A stretch of DNA of 64,000 nucleotides from an uncultured virus (IMG/VR IMGVR_UViG_3300050035_000427) (IMGVR_UViG_3300050035_000427), one strand, 5' to 3'. Positions 35,786-46,151 are shown, counted from the first letter of the stretch. Numbers and translations: made by a program. Notes: generated by a model not told the origin, from the letters alone.

Positions 35786-36715
35786 TTAGACCCGCTTCTC
35801 ACCATGAGGCAGTTGCTTCAACGTCCACTTGGCGATCAGTTCGTCCATCATCTCAATACTGGATTCGACCTGTCTCTGCTCGTAAGTGCACCTGGAAATT
35901 GCGCTGGTCCGGATGTGTTCGTACCGGGTTGTGCCACGAGCGTATTTGCGAAATTCGTTGTTGCCATTCACGCGAACGATTTCGGTCTGTTCGTCAGCAA
36001 CCTGATTGTGAAGGTCCAGGATGCTCTGAATGAGCTCATCGCGCTTCCTGTTCAGAGTGATCTTGTAGGCTTCGCATCCTTCTGTACCCAGTTCGTACGG
36101 CAGGAATCCAACGCCAGGGCAGCTACCAACGCGGCAACCGTAGTAGTGGCCGGTGCCACCGGAGATCTCGAAACCGTGGTGAACCATCTTGCGGCTGGCG
36201 TTTGTCTTGTAAAGACCACCGCATACCGGGCAGGTGCCGGTGTTCGTGAGATCGATCACGGTCGGATTGATTGCCGGCTTGCGACCCTTTTCGATGAAGG
36301 ACTTGGTGGACTTCACCAGTTCGGCGAGCATCGCGGCTTCGGTCAGTGTGGCGATGTACTCAGCCAGTTCCGGAGCATTCTTGACAACCTTCATCCGTTT
36401 CAGGAATCCAGGTGTATTTGAGAAAGCCGCGATTCCCAGGTTGTGGCGGGGATCGGTATCTGACCAGGTGCAGAAGAGCTCGCTGCCACCGCAGGGATAG
36501 TAGAAATCGCGGAGAGGGTCAGAAAGAACCTCTTCAACCTTGTCCCAGACGTTGGAGATGGTGGACTTGGCGTTCTCGTAATCAACATTCCAGATGTGCT
36601 TGTCAGCCAGCCCTGCCTCAAAGATCGCCTTTGCTTCAGCAAACTTCTGCACGCTGAGATAGGTGGGAACCTTGCTGTTGAGGAGGATGTCCGTAATTTT
36701 TGGGGTGCTGATCAT
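35786..36715 (-). CDS. hypothetical protein with Cys/His motif
   Basis: GTCPVCG..VHHG..CPG; promoter upstream. Confidence 0.8.
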   Translation of the reverse strand: MISTPKITDILLNSKVPTYLSVQKFAEAKAIFEAGLADKHIWNVDYENAKSTISNVWDKVEEVLSDPLRDFYYPCGGSELFCTWSDTDPRHNLGIAAFSNTPGFLKRMKVVKNAPELAEYIATLTEAAMLAELVKSTKSFIEKGRKPAINPTVIDLTNTGTCPVCGGLYKTNASRKMVHHGFEISGGTGHYYGCRVGSCPGVGFLPYELGTEGCEAYKITLNRKRDELIQSILDLHNQVADEQTEIVRVNGNNEFRKYARGTTRYEHIRTSAISRCTYEQRQVESSIEMMDELIAKWTLKQLPHGEKRV

Positions 36716-36722
36716 ACCTCTC

Positions 36723-36750
36723 TCTACGGATATGAAAGGCGGATCGGTTA
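36723..36750 (-). promoter_or_regulatory. phage promoter motif copy 8
   Basis: TAACCGATCC-N13-GTAGA. Confidence 0.65.
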
Positions 36751-37143
36751 GTGAGACGTGGCTCTTTTACTGTGCTGATGACGATTGGCAAAGAACAGTC
36801 CCAAAGCCTGGATCAACAAGCCCAAACCAGTAAAGTAGTTTCCAATTGTAGCTTGGTCCAGATGCTGAGTAATTTTTCCCGGAATAGGATCTGGAACCTC
36901 TTTCTTGACCTCTGGAGGAGCAACAGACTTCTCCTCCTCAAAGGGAGCAAGAGACTTGTTGTGTGACTTGAAAACTGGATGGGGTGCTTGGGCTGCAGGG
37001 GCAACGATCTTCGCCTTCGCCTTCTGCTCTTCCTGCTTCAAAGCAGTGACAGCCTTGTGCTCCACGACTGACTTGTAGATACCGAATCCGCAGATTCCAA
37101 AAGCCAAGACCGTGCAGGCAATTGCAAGAGTGAGTTTAGACAT
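36748..37143 (-). CDS. membrane protein with two hydrophobic segments
   Basis: N- and C-terminal hydrophobic helices; AAGGAG RBS. Confidence 0.75.
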   Translation of the reverse strand: MSKLTLAIACTVLAFGICGFGIYKSVVEHKAVTALKQEEQKAKAKIVAPAAQAPHPVFKSHNKSLAPFEEEKSVAPPEVKKEVPDPIPGKITQHLDQATIGNYFTGLGLLIQALGLFFANRHQHSKRATSH

Positions 37144-37167
37144 CGTATCTCTCCTTGTACTAGAGAT

Positions 37168-37458
37168 TCAAAGTCTGGGTTGGTGGTGAAGATACTGCTT
37201 GACCTTCTCACTCTTCTCCAACACTCGTCTATCCACGTCATCATGAGAGATGTCTTCAGCCTGATACAACAGTGTCACATCCCCGATTTCTCGAACTAGC
37301 TGCTCTCGATTCGTACCTCGCACCTGACCTGTTGGATCCCAGCTTTCATAGCCATGGCGAATGATCTTTCCGATTACTTGCTGAGCCTCTCCCATCTCTT
37401 CAGACAGGAGAGCTAGACGTTCAAGTTCAGCCGGTTCGAGTTCGTTGGAAAATTCCAT
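37168..37458 (-). CDS. MazG-like pyrophosphatase
   Basis: LSEEMGEAQQVIGK..RHG...REIGDV. Confidence 0.8.
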   Translation of the reverse strand: MEFSNELEPAELERLALLSEEMGEAQQVIGKIIRHGYESWDPTGQVRGTNREQLVREIGDVTLLYQAEDISHDDVDRRVLEKSEKVKQYLHHQPRL

Positions 37459-37466
37459 AGTGACCT

Positions 37467-40400
37467 CTAACTGCATCCAGTTGTTTGTCCACAATCGTTG
37501 CACTTTTCACAGGTTCCGGATCTCACCATGTGCATAGATCCGCAAGCACCACAGGAGTTCCCAGTGAAACCACTGCGCTTGGCTTCACTGGCCTCTGATA
37601 CGGTTGGCAAACGTGTTTCTTTGTCTACTAACAGCCCCAATGATTTCACCTTTTCCTTGTCCTCAGGTTTGATGTGGGCAAGGTCATAGCGATCCAGATA
37701 GGTGATTGCCAACTCACGGAAGACATAATCCATCAGAGAAGTGGCATTCTTGACATAGCTGGAACCCTGAACAAATCCAGAAGGTTCAAACTTGGTGAAA
37801 GTGAACGCATCCACAAACTCCTCGAGCGGAACGCCGTACTGCAATCCCAGACTGATGGCGATAGCAAAGCAGTTGAGGAGAGAACGCAAGGTTGCTCCCT
37901 CGCGACTGACATCGATGAAGACCTCTCCCAACCTGCCATCCTCGTACTCCCCGGTGTGCAGATAGAGGGAATGATCGCCAATTTTGGCCTTCTGTACAAA
38001 TCCATGGCGACGGTATGGTAGACGCTTGCGAAATCCTCGAGCTAATGCTTCTGCCAAGACAGCAGCTTTTGTGTCGTTGTTGGCACCGCTGGTGAGCACT
38101 TCAACTTCCTTCTCATCCAGGCCCTCCAGCAGCTGCATGTTTGTGGCTAGAGCCTGTGACATCTTGGATCCGTCACGATACAGAGCCACTGCTTTGATGC
38201 CAAGTTCCCACGCCAACAGATGAATGTCATTGAAGTCTTGTTGAGTAGAGTTGGCCGGGAGATTTACAGTCTTGCTGATAGCTCCTGAAATGAAGGGTTG
38301 AACAGCTGCCATCATCTCCACATGAGCACGTGGAGAGATGAAACGAGTACCATTTTCACCACACTTGTTGGCACAATCGAACACGGCCAAGTGAGCATTC
38401 TTCAAGGCCGGTGCCCCTTCGATGGTCTTCTCGTTCTCGATGTGCTTGAGGATCTCAACCACTTGTTCGTCCGTGTACCCCAAGTTCTTCAAGGCCGGAG
38501 GGACAGACTGATTGACTATCTTGAAGTATCCTCCACCGGCCAACTTCTTGAACTTCACCAGAGCATAGTCAGGTTCCGCTCCCGTCGTGTCGCAATCCAT
38601 CACCAACCCGATGGTCCCTGTCGGAGCCAAGCAGGTGCTCTGGGCATTCCTCAACCCGAATTCCTCAACCTGAGACACTACCTTGTCCCAGATGTCACGA
38701 GCCTGAGTGACCAGCTTTCTTGGTCCACGATAGAGAAGTTTCAGACCCACAGGAGTAGTTGAAAGCCCATCGTATCCAAGCTCTCCATTGTAAGCAGCCG
38801 AACGATGGTTCCGCATCACTTTCAAGACAACCTCTCGATTTTCATCATAGCCAGGAAACACTCCCAACTTCTGAGCCAAATCTGAGGATGTCAGGTACGA
38901 TTCACCTGTCATGATGGCAGTGATGGCCGCAGCCCAGTTTCGGCCGGTCTCACTGTCATAAGGAAAGCCCAGCTGCATGAGCATGGCGCCAAGGTTCGCG
39001 TATCCCAAGCCCAGGGTGCGGAACTTGTATGACAACTCAGCAATCGAGGGTCCTGGGAACTGAGCCATCGTTACAGAAATCTCTAGAGCGATGGTTGTCA
39101 AACGGCAGCAATGGCGGAAGGCCTCGACGTTGAACTCTCCGTCTTCCAGGAACTTCACGAGATTTGAGGAAGCCAGATTGCAGGCAGTGTCATCCAGGAA
39201 CATGTACTCGCTGTTGTGTATAAACACACCAGAAAAGTTGTCGTGACCATTCACACAAGACGGTTTTGACGAAGTGAAAACAGCAAAGTTGTGGGTATTG
39301 TCTACCGTACCATCGTAGACGTCTTCATTACCACAGAACTCTACCGAAACAACCGTATGGTTGAAGTTGACCACGGCCTCTTGTAGTAACTCATCAGTGG
39401 GGTACCAACGAACAATAGTGTCTTTTGTGGGAAATTTCTTCACTCCAAGTTGCTTTGCTACATCTCGTAGTTCTTCCCAATTTTCTAGAGAAAAAGAAAC
39501 TCCATTATCTTGAAAAGTTCGAGCAACCTCAGCAATCATACCCTCGATTAAACGCTTCGAGTGACGTTCTCCAAACATTTGTTTACCAAGTGGAGATCTC
39601 TGACATTCAGTACCACAGCAAATCTGATCCTCCAAAATGGTGATGAAATTACCACGGCATATAGGGCAGCAACGCTCAAATCGTTCAGCAGTTACTGTAC
39701 GACCAATATGCCTACCCTCTGATCGCATTTTTGTTTGTGTTTCTCTTATAGATCTACTCAACTGTTCGTGTTGTTGGTGGTCTTCCCATCTAGAAACTGC
39801 AGAATTACTCATATTCTGTTTGGAAACTTCACTGTGCTGTTTTCCAAACATAGGGTTAAGTTCACCAGTGATTGATTTTGAAATGTTGGCACGCCATTCA
39901 TCATTCATTAAACGACGGGCTGGATTATTGTCACCAAGCATTGATTCCCGATGCAAAGCTGCATGATCCTTCGCAGACAATAGCTTGAAATTTTGTGGGT
40001 TATCATTCAGAGCATCAAAATCAGAGTGATGAATGTGATAACCTTCCGGTGCTTGACCAAAAAAGAAATCGTTAATTAAACGATACTGCTGAGCCCAACG
40101 AGTACCTCCCCACACATTTCTACGACGCGTGGCTCCTTTTCCATTTTGGATTATGGAAGAGTGAAAAGGCATAAGAGAATCACCAGGTTGTAGGTCTATA
40201 ACCTTTCGGTATGAACCATCCCGCAGCATCATAAGTTCGTCGTCAGTAACACGTAGGCTACTTCCATCGTCAAACGTAACGCAGAAAATGGGAGCATTAG
40301 TTCTTTTAACTCCAATATTCCACATCAATTCTATTGAAGTCTTTTGCGTCCTGTGATTCCTGGTAAACACAGGCACTTCTGTTCCTACCAAATCTCTAAT

Positions 40401-41861
40401 AGGAACCGCTGTACGACCATCTGCTACAGCCACCAAAGTCTCCCCAGTAACACAGCACGGATTGCTGGCATTGATTCTTCCGGAATTCAGACAAGTGTGC
40501 CAGTCATTGATGGTCGTGTCGAACTGGATCCCAGGATCTGCACAAAGGAAAGAAGCCCGGTTGATCTGATCAAACAACTTCTTGGCCTTAAGAGTCTTGG
40601 CCACTTCCCCGGTGGTGCGGAAGGTCAGATTCCAGTCCCTGTCCTTTTTGACGGCATGCATGAATTCATCTGTGACACGAATTGTGTTGTTGGCATTCAT
40701 GCCTGAGACTGTCTGGTATGCCTCTCCCTCCCAGTTCAGATCGTACAGAGGAAGATCGTCAGTGAAGTCAGATTCAGACAAACGAGTCAGACACTGCCCT
40801 AGAAATGCTCCAGGCACTCCCATTTTTCTGGCATGGCTGATGACTTTGGCAAGCTCCTTGTTCTCTTTCGGATTTGCCTTCAAAGCCAAATCTTTGGAAG
40901 TGAAGGTGTTGTAAGCCTCCAGCATCTCTCCCCAGATGGTGCGAAGGAGTTGACTGCCAGCAGCCATTGCAACAACCTTGCGCTCTTCATTCACCTTCCA
41001 GTTGATGAAGGCCTCTACATCGGGATGGTCCACATTGAGAACAACCATCTTGGCTGCTCTGCGGGTGGTTCCTCCAGACTTCACTCCTCCGGCTCCGACG
41101 TCTCCCACCTTCAACCAAGACATGAGACCTGAGCTCTTTCCGCCGCCGCTCAAAGGTTCTCCATATCCACGCAGGGCAGAGAAGTTGGATCCTGTTCCGG
41201 AGCCATACTTGAACAAGCGAGCCTCGCGATGGAACAGGTCGAAGATTCCTCCAGGATTGACGAGGTCGTCTTTCACTCCCTGAATGAAGCAGGCATGAGG
41301 CTGAGGACGCTTGTACGCAGAATCGCTCACGGTCAACTCTTTGGTGCCGTCGTCGACATAGTAGTGACCCTGTGGATCTCCCTCAATTCCGTATGCCCAG
41401 TACAAGCCGGTATTGAACCACTGAGGGGAATTGGGAGCAACGTACTGCATCACCACCATGTAGAGCATCTCGTCGTAGTAGGCTTGGGCGTCTTTCTCTG
41501 AAGAGAAGTATCCGTATTCCTCTCCCCACCCAGTCCAGCAACCTACGATTCTATGAGCAGTCTGTCTCACATCAGTTTCGTAAGTGATCCCATCCGGATG
41601 GTCCAGCTTGGAGGCCCACTCGGTGGAGTACTTGCTGTTGTAAAGGGAGTTGGGGTGGTTGTGATTCACTCCTTGCCGGCGGAAATACTTCTGGGCAAGG
41701 ATATCCAAGGCAGTCTGAGACCAGGATTCTGGCACGATGACATTGTCGTTCTCAAAAACCACAGAATTGTCTGGTCTAACGATGTTGGAGCATCTCCGTA
41801 TGAAGCTGATGCCCTCTAAAGGCGACTGTCCGGCCTTGGTGAAAATTCGCTTTACCTTCAT
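37467..41861 (-). CDS. nrdJ: B12-dependent (class II) ribonucleotide reductase, intein-containing
   Basis: PNSPQWFN, PHACFI, GGTTRRAAKM, NPC|SEY, APTGTIG, GAISKT, YRDGSK, C-terminal zinc ribbon. Confidence 0.95.
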   Translation of the reverse strand: MKVKRIFTKAGQSPLEGISFIRRCSNIVRPDNSVVFENDNVIVPESWSQTALDILAQKYFRRQGVNHNHPNSLYNSKYSTEWASKLDHPDGITYETDVRQTAHRIVGCWTGWGEEYGYFSSEKDAQAYYDEMLYMVVMQYVAPNSPQWFNTGLYWAYGIEGDPQGHYYVDDGTKELTVSDSAYKRPQPHACFIQGVKDDLVNPGGIFDLFHREARLFKYGSGTGSNFSALRGYGEPLSGGGKSSGLMSWLKVGDVGAGGVKSGGTTRRAAKMVVLNVDHPDVEAFINWKVNEERKVVAMAAGSQLLRTIWGEMLEAYNTFTSKDLALKANPKENKELAKVISHARKMGVPGAFLGQCLTRLSESDFTDDLPLYDLNWEGEAYQTVSGMNANNTIRVTDEFMHAVKKDRDWNLTFRTTGEVAKTLKAKKLFDQINRASFLCADPGIQFDTTINDWHTCLNSGRINASNPCCVTGETLVAVADGRTAVPIRDLVGTEVPVFTRNHRTQKTSIELMWNIGVKRTNAPIFCVTFDDGSSLRVTDDELMMLRDGSYRKVIDLQPGDSLMPFHSSIIQNGKGATRRRNVWGGTRWAQQYRLINDFFFGQAPEGYHIHHSDFDALNDNPQNFKLLSAKDHAALHRESMLGDNNPARRLMNDEWRANISKSITGELNPMFGKQHSEVSKQNMSNSAVSRWEDHQQHEQLSRSIRETQTKMRSEGRHIGRTVTAERFERCCPICRGNFITILEDQICCGTECQRSPLGKQMFGERHSKRLIEGMIAEVARTFQDNGVSFSLENWEELRDVAKQLGVKKFPTKDTIVRWYPTDELLQEAVVNFNHTVVSVEFCGNEDVYDGTVDNTHNFAVFTSSKPSCVNGHDNFSGVFIHNSEYMFLDDTACNLASSNLVKFLEDGEFNVEAFRHCCRLTTIALEISVTMAQFPGPSIAELSYKFRTLGLGYANLGAMLMQLGFPYDSETGRNWAAAITAIMTGESYLTSSDLAQKLGVFPGYDENREVVLKVMRNHRSAAYNGELGYDGLSTTPVGLKLLYRGPRKLVTQARDIWDKVVSQVEEFGLRNAQSTCLAPTGTIGLVMDCDTTGAEPDYALVKFKKLAGGGYFKIVNQSVPPALKNLGYTDEQVVEILKHIENEKTIEGAPALKNAHLAVFDCANKCGENGTRFISPRAHVEMMAAVQPFISGAISKTVNLPANSTQQDFNDIHLLAWELGIKAVALYRDGSKMSQALATNMQLLEGLDEKEVEVLTSGANNDTKAAVLAEALARGFRKRLPYRRHGFVQKAKIGDHSLYLHTGEYEDGRLGEVFIDVSREGATLRSLLNCFAIAISLGLQYGVPLEEFVDAFTFTKFEPSGFVQGSSYVKNATSLMDYVFRELAITYLDRYDLAHIKPEDKEKVKSLGLLVDKETRLPTVSEASEAKRSGFTGNSCGACGSMHMVRSGTCEKCNDCGQTTGCS
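39213..40454 (-). mobile_element. intein (~414 aa) with HNH endonuclease
   Basis: CVTGET start; VYDGTVDNTHNF...FIHN|S end; IHHSDFDALNDNPQN HNH motif. Confidence 0.9.
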
Positions 41862-42046
41862 GCTATTGTGTCCTTGGGTATGGGGGATTTCGAGGGTCAG
41901 AAATCGTACGTGATGATTCAATACTCAGCCTATGAAAGATTGGTTACAAGTTACCGATTACCAAGGTGGTTACTCACTCGGGTGCGTATTTCTTCATGCG
42001 GCGAAAGCATCGCCAAACGCTGGTCTCACTGGTAGGATGGATAAGT

Positions 42047-43258
42047 ATGTCAACTCCACGAAAGCAGTACATTGCTATCAAGAACTGGGATAGGTACCAG
42101 TGTGACAGCAAAGGACAAGTCAGAAATACTCCCAGCCCTTGGATTAAGGATTGGTGTAATAAGGAAGACGACTATGAATACACACAATTGAATAGTTCTA
42201 GAAGGTACACATACGATGCTCTACGGAGATTGCGCGGAAGGTATGGGAAAAATCCAACTCACGATCTTGAGTACCTTCGCAATCAGTTGTCACTGAAGAA
42301 GGGAGATCGTGAAAATCTAGGTCCAACCATCAAGAAACTATGGGAACTCCGACTTGTGGTAATTGTGTTTTCTGAAATCGGAGATGACTTGCTTGCTGAT
42401 GATATCGTGCCGGAAGAAGATATCGATTTTGAACAGAAGAGCCCATCGTTAGCCCACGGTGCGCCCATCGTTAGCCCATCGTTAGCCCACGGTGCGCCCA
42501 TCGTTAGCCCATCGTTAGCCCACGGTGCGCCCATCGTTAGCCCATCGTTAGCCCACGGTGCGCCCACAACCCTCGATGTAACTTCCATAGAACTGCTACC
42601 CATTTCCGAGAAGAGAGAAGAGAAAGAAGAAGAAGAAGAGGAAGAGGAAGAGGAAGAGTCTCCACCTCCTCCAGATGATGATTTGATACCTGGTGAAAGC
42701 AGGGAGAACCCTGCACCCCTCTTGTCGTCTTCGTCGAGTTCTTCTCCGGTTGCGTTTGGCGTCGGGCCTTGTCCTCCGGACTTCGATTTTGGCGCGTACA
42801 AGATCCCTATGGATTCCCGCAATTTGCCTCATCCTAGTTTCTGGAATCCTCTTCCGGCTGATTGGAAAGACGGATACCGCGTTTGGAAGAAGGGGAAGGA
42901 TGACGAAGCCGAGAAAGCCAGATTCAAGTCAAGGCCTCCAGCTAAGGCTGAAGGCAAGAAAACTTCCGAGTATCAAGCAACTCAGGGAGTTTTTGATCCT
43001 GCTACATACGCCAAGAAGATCGGCAAGTACTCTGCGGAGTTTGTTCACGACCTCTGCAAATGGGAGTGGGATCTTAACGAGGACCATGATCACTACTGGT
43101 GCTGGATTGTAACTGAAGAGGATCTCATCAAGCAGTTTGACAAGATCATCAAGCACAAGCAGGAGCAAGAGAAGAAGTCTCAATACCAGAAGAAGGATCC
43201 CAAGAAGAAATTCCACCAAACTCTGAAAGGAAACATCAATGACTATAACATCCACTGA
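42047..43258 (+). CDS. putative replication initiator protein
   Basis: IKNWDRYQ motif, internal iterons, purine-rich tract, followed by DnaC-like gene. Confidence 0.65.
   Translation: MSTPRKQYIAIKNWDRYQCDSKGQVRNTPSPWIKDWCNKEDDYEYTQLNSSRRYTYDALRRLRGRYGKNPTHDLEYLRNQLSLKKGDRENLGPTIKKLWELRLVVIVFSEIGDDLLADDIVPEEDIDFEQKSPSLAHGAPIVSPSLAHGAPIVSPSLAHGAPIVSPSLAHGAPTTLDVTSIELLPISEKREEKEEEEEEEEEEESPPPPDDDLIPGESRENPAPLLSSSSSSSPVAFGVGPCPPDFDFGAYKIPMDSRNLPHPSFWNPLPADWKDGYRVWKKGKDDEAEKARFKSRPPAKAEGKKTSEYQATQGVFDPATYAKKIGKYSAEFVHDLCKWEWDLNEDHDHYWCWIVTEEDLIKQFDKIIKHKQEQEKKSQYQKKDPKKKFHQTLKGNINDYNIH
42440..42566 (+). repeat. tandem 33-bp repeat built from 11-bp units (putative iterons)
   Basis: AGCCCATCGTT/AGCCCACGGTG/CGCCCATCGTT; 11 full units plus a partial. 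Confidence 0.95.
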
Positions 43259-43895
43259 GCAACTCGAGCTTAGAAAAGTCGAGAAACGTCGCATAGTGAC
43301 GGATATTCTGACGAAGATTCCTGAACGACATCGGGGTGTATCGTTCAATTCCATCATACCCAAACATCCGAAGATCAAGGTCTCTGATGAACGGTGGTCA
43401 GAAGTTGTCAAATTGGTCAATGACTGGACCAGTGGTCCCACAATTGACAAGGGAGTGATCCTATTTGGGCCTCCAGCAACAGGTAAGACTACTCTACTGG
43501 CTGCTATCTTCCTGAGAATTGCTGTCAAACAGGCTTTGTTCAGAGTCGATCACACGGGTCACGGATACAGTCCGTACTGGGTTGATATCGGCCATTGGTC
43601 TGAACAGATGGCAAATTGGAGTAATCCTCCTGCTCTCAATCTTGACTACATGAACACTCTATCGCTCCCGGTTCATCTCTTTCTTGATGAGTTCGACAAG
43701 GTAACCGACAATCCTCCTCGTAGACAAGAGTGCCTGAACACTTTTGTCCGGATTGCCTATGCCAAGACTTGTCCCATGTTTATTGCCACCAACCTGACGG
43801 TCGCAGAATATCTAGGCATGGATCTGTATGTAGGTCGCAGAATCACCGAAGATGGCGACAATCTGATGATTGACTTGTACAACACAGGACTGTGA
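43239..43895 (+). CDS. DnaC/IstB-like AAA+ helicase loader
   Basis: IPERHR, GPPATGKT, LFLDEF, IATNL, RRI. Confidence 0.85.
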   Translation: MTITSTEQLELRKVEKRRIVTDILTKIPERHRGVSFNSIIPKHPKIKVSDERWSEVVKLVNDWTSGPTIDKGVILFGPPATGKTTLLAAIFLRIAVKQALFRVDHTGHGYSPYWVDIGHWSEQMANWSNPPALNLDYMNTLSLPVHLFLDEFDKVTDNPPRRQECLNTFVRIAYAKTCPMFIATNLTVAEYLGMDLYVGRRITEDGDNLMIDLYNTGL

Positions 43896-43934
43896 TAGTG
43901 AGTCCGAATTGACGGATATCTCCCCACGAGGTAT

Positions 43935-44381
43935 ATGAACACAGTTGAAGTCAAGCTGCTCAAGTACAAATTCACATTCCGGCAACTTGCTTGGCGAGAG
44001 GAGCATGCCATCAAGTTCGAAGGCAAGGATGCTCGAAGAGTACTCCTGTCTTCGGCACTCCACGAGATCTCTGGTCTAGCAGTGACTTCCTACGAAGAAG
44101 CCTATCGAGTCATCGAGGCTCTCCCAGTTCCTATCCTGAATCGCGTCTTCGTGATGTACAAGGGTGGACTCCCCAATAACCGGGAATTCACCACGCTGAA
44201 TCTCTACCAGGCTCCCTCGCCGCGCTCCTATCAAGAGCAACAGGCCCGGGAGGAGGCTGCCAAAACTCTCAAAGTGGAGTCCAAGTTAGACGAGGTCGAG
44301 GCTAACATCCTCAAAGAAGCTCGTGATGGCAAGGGAGGATTCAAGGGTGCTGTCAAGCTAGAGGAGAAGACCCTTGCCTAA
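43935..44381 (+). CDS. hypothetical protein (tail assembly region)
   Basis: GAGG RBS; position upstream of tape measure. Confidence 0.7.
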   Translation: MNTVEVKLLKYKFTFRQLAWREEHAIKFEGKDARRVLLSSALHEISGLAVTSYEEAYRVIEALPVPILNRVFVMYKGGLPNNREFTTLNLYQAPSPRSYQEQQAREEAAKTLKVESKLDEVEANILKEARDGKGGFKGAVKLEEKTLA

Positions 44382-45444
44382 TAAGAGAATCACTTCTGGC
44401 GTCGAAGCGATGAAGCTCCTGAATGCAGGAGTCTTCCAGCAGGTTCCTCTTGAAATCGTGGACAAGGTCAAGACTCAGGTGAGTCGAGCTTGCGAGGAGA
44501 TTCTAGAATGTGGCGCTCGAATTCGTCCTCTTCGAGTGAACGACAAGCAGATTGGATGGGTTCGTGGAGTTCATCTAAGTGAGAGGCGAATTCTACATCG
44601 CTGGCTCTCTGATCCATTGGAATTTCTCACGGAAGTCCTACTGCTTGGAACCTCATTCACACGAGCTCAGATCGAGGAGATGACGTCCATTGAGATTCGT
44701 TCGTTAGCTCGCTTGCTCGCCAGGATGCAAGAGTACGAACTCTCAGTCTATCCCTACATGAGTGCCTACTCTACCACTCTCTCCAGCGAGAAACTGTGGC
44801 ATTCTAGAGGCACAACACTGTCCTCCTACTCGGATAAGATGATTCAACTTCCCAATGGAGGCGTCATGAAGATCCTGGCTCCTCCTGATCATGCCAACAT
44901 TTGGGCAACCCTTTGCACCTATCGGGAGGAGAACAAGGTCAAGATCGAAAGCAATCTCAATGCTTTGATGATCACTCGAGCTTTTGTGGGTAGCAGAGCT
45001 ACAACTCATCTTTCGGAAGAGCTCAGACGGGCGTCTCAGAGCCTTCGTCCAGACTTACAAGAGCCTTGGCAGAAGATTGTGAAGCCGGTGCGTGAGTACA
45101 AAGAGGATGGCTGGGCTCACGGCGGTGGCGATTCCATTGAAGAACTCATGAAAGAGATGCATGGCATCGACAGCTTTGACAAACACGAACAACTCATGGC
45201 GGCCTTCGAGAAACAGCAACGTGAAGCGGCAGAGAAGGAGAAGGATCGCATCGAGGATTTGGTGCGTAAGTATCACAAGGACGAGCCGGTTTGGGAAGAC
45301 TCAATGCCAGTCATCTTGTCTGATGCTGAGGTTCGGCACCAGGAGCAGGAACTCAAGAAGAATCGCAAGGTCCTCAACCCGATCGTGCCCTATGAATCTC
45401 AAACTCCTCAGGAGAGGATCCGCCGGTTCGATCAGAATCGTTAA
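44374..45444 (+). CDS. hypothetical protein (tail assembly region)
   Basis: GAGGAG RBS, 356 aa. Confidence 0.75.
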   Translation: MPNKRITSGVEAMKLLNAGVFQQVPLEIVDKVKTQVSRACEEILECGARIRPLRVNDKQIGWVRGVHLSERRILHRWLSDPLEFLTEVLLLGTSFTRAQIEEMTSIEIRSLARLLARMQEYELSVYPYMSAYSTTLSSEKLWHSRGTTLSSYSDKMIQLPNGGVMKILAPPDHANIWATLCTYREENKVKIESNLNALMITRAFVGSRATTHLSEELRRASQSLRPDLQEPWQKIVKPVREYKEDGWAHGGGDSIEELMKEMHGIDSFDKHEQLMAAFEKQQREAAEKEKDRIEDLVRKYHKDEPVWEDSMPVILSDAEVRHQEQELKKNRKVLNPIVPYESQTPQERIRRFDQNR

Positions 45445-45484
45445 CGAATTCCGATTTATCAACTCTGACATGGTTTAGTGAGGG

Positions 45485-46150
45485 ATGTCCTTCATGCTTA
45501 TTTACAAAATCACAAATCGAGTGAACGGTAAGGTCTACATCGGAAAGTGGCAAGGTAGACGTGTGGAAGACCGTTGGAAGGTTCACTTGGCTTGTGCAGC
45601 AGAAGGCAGCCGATTTCATTTTCATAGAGCTATCCGAAAGTTTGGTCCTGATGCTTTTCAAGTGGAAGTTTTGAGAGAAACTGATGATGGGATAGAACTT
45701 TGTCTACTTGAGAAAGAGTTAATAGCTTTCTTTCAGAGCAGTAATCCAGAATTCGGATACAACATGACTCTAGGAGGAGATGGAATCCCTGGATTTTCTC
45801 ACACGGAAGAAACTAAGCGGAAGATTGGGAATGCTAATAGAGGAAAGGTAATATCAGATGTTGGGAGAGATCGGATGTCAGCATCTCATATGGGAATACC
45901 TCTCACTTCTAAGTGTAGACAAAATATGAGTTTGACTCAAAAGAGGATTGGTAACAAACCACCTCCAGGATCTCACGTCGTTCCTCACAGTGAGGAGTCT
46001 AAAAATCTCATAAGTGAAAAAACCAAGCAAGGAATGGCTTTTGTGGACAAACAAAAACTGCGCGAAAGTAGTATTCGTGCAAGTCACAAAAGATGGCACA
46101 CTAAACGAGGGATTGCTAACCCCAAATGTTCTTTGTGTTTGGAGAATTGA
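45485..46150 (+). CDS. GIY-YIG homing endonuclease
   Basis: LIYKITNRVNGKVYIGK, GYNMTLGGDG, HTEETKRKI. Confidence 0.92.
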   Translation: MSFMLIYKITNRVNGKVYIGKWQGRRVEDRWKVHLACAAEGSRFHFHRAIRKFGPDAFQVEVLRETDDGIELCLLEKELIAFFQSSNPEFGYNMTLGGDGIPGFSHTEETKRKIGNANRGKVISDVGRDRMSASHMGIPLTSKCRQNMSLTQKRIGNKPPPGSHVVPHSEESKNLISEKTKQGMAFVDKQKLRESSIRASHKRWHTKRGIANPKCSLCLEN

Positions 46151-46151
46151 A

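Noticed and set aside
42440..42566. Possible CRISPR array
   Set aside because: Contiguous tandem repeats without unique spacers, in frame within a CDS.
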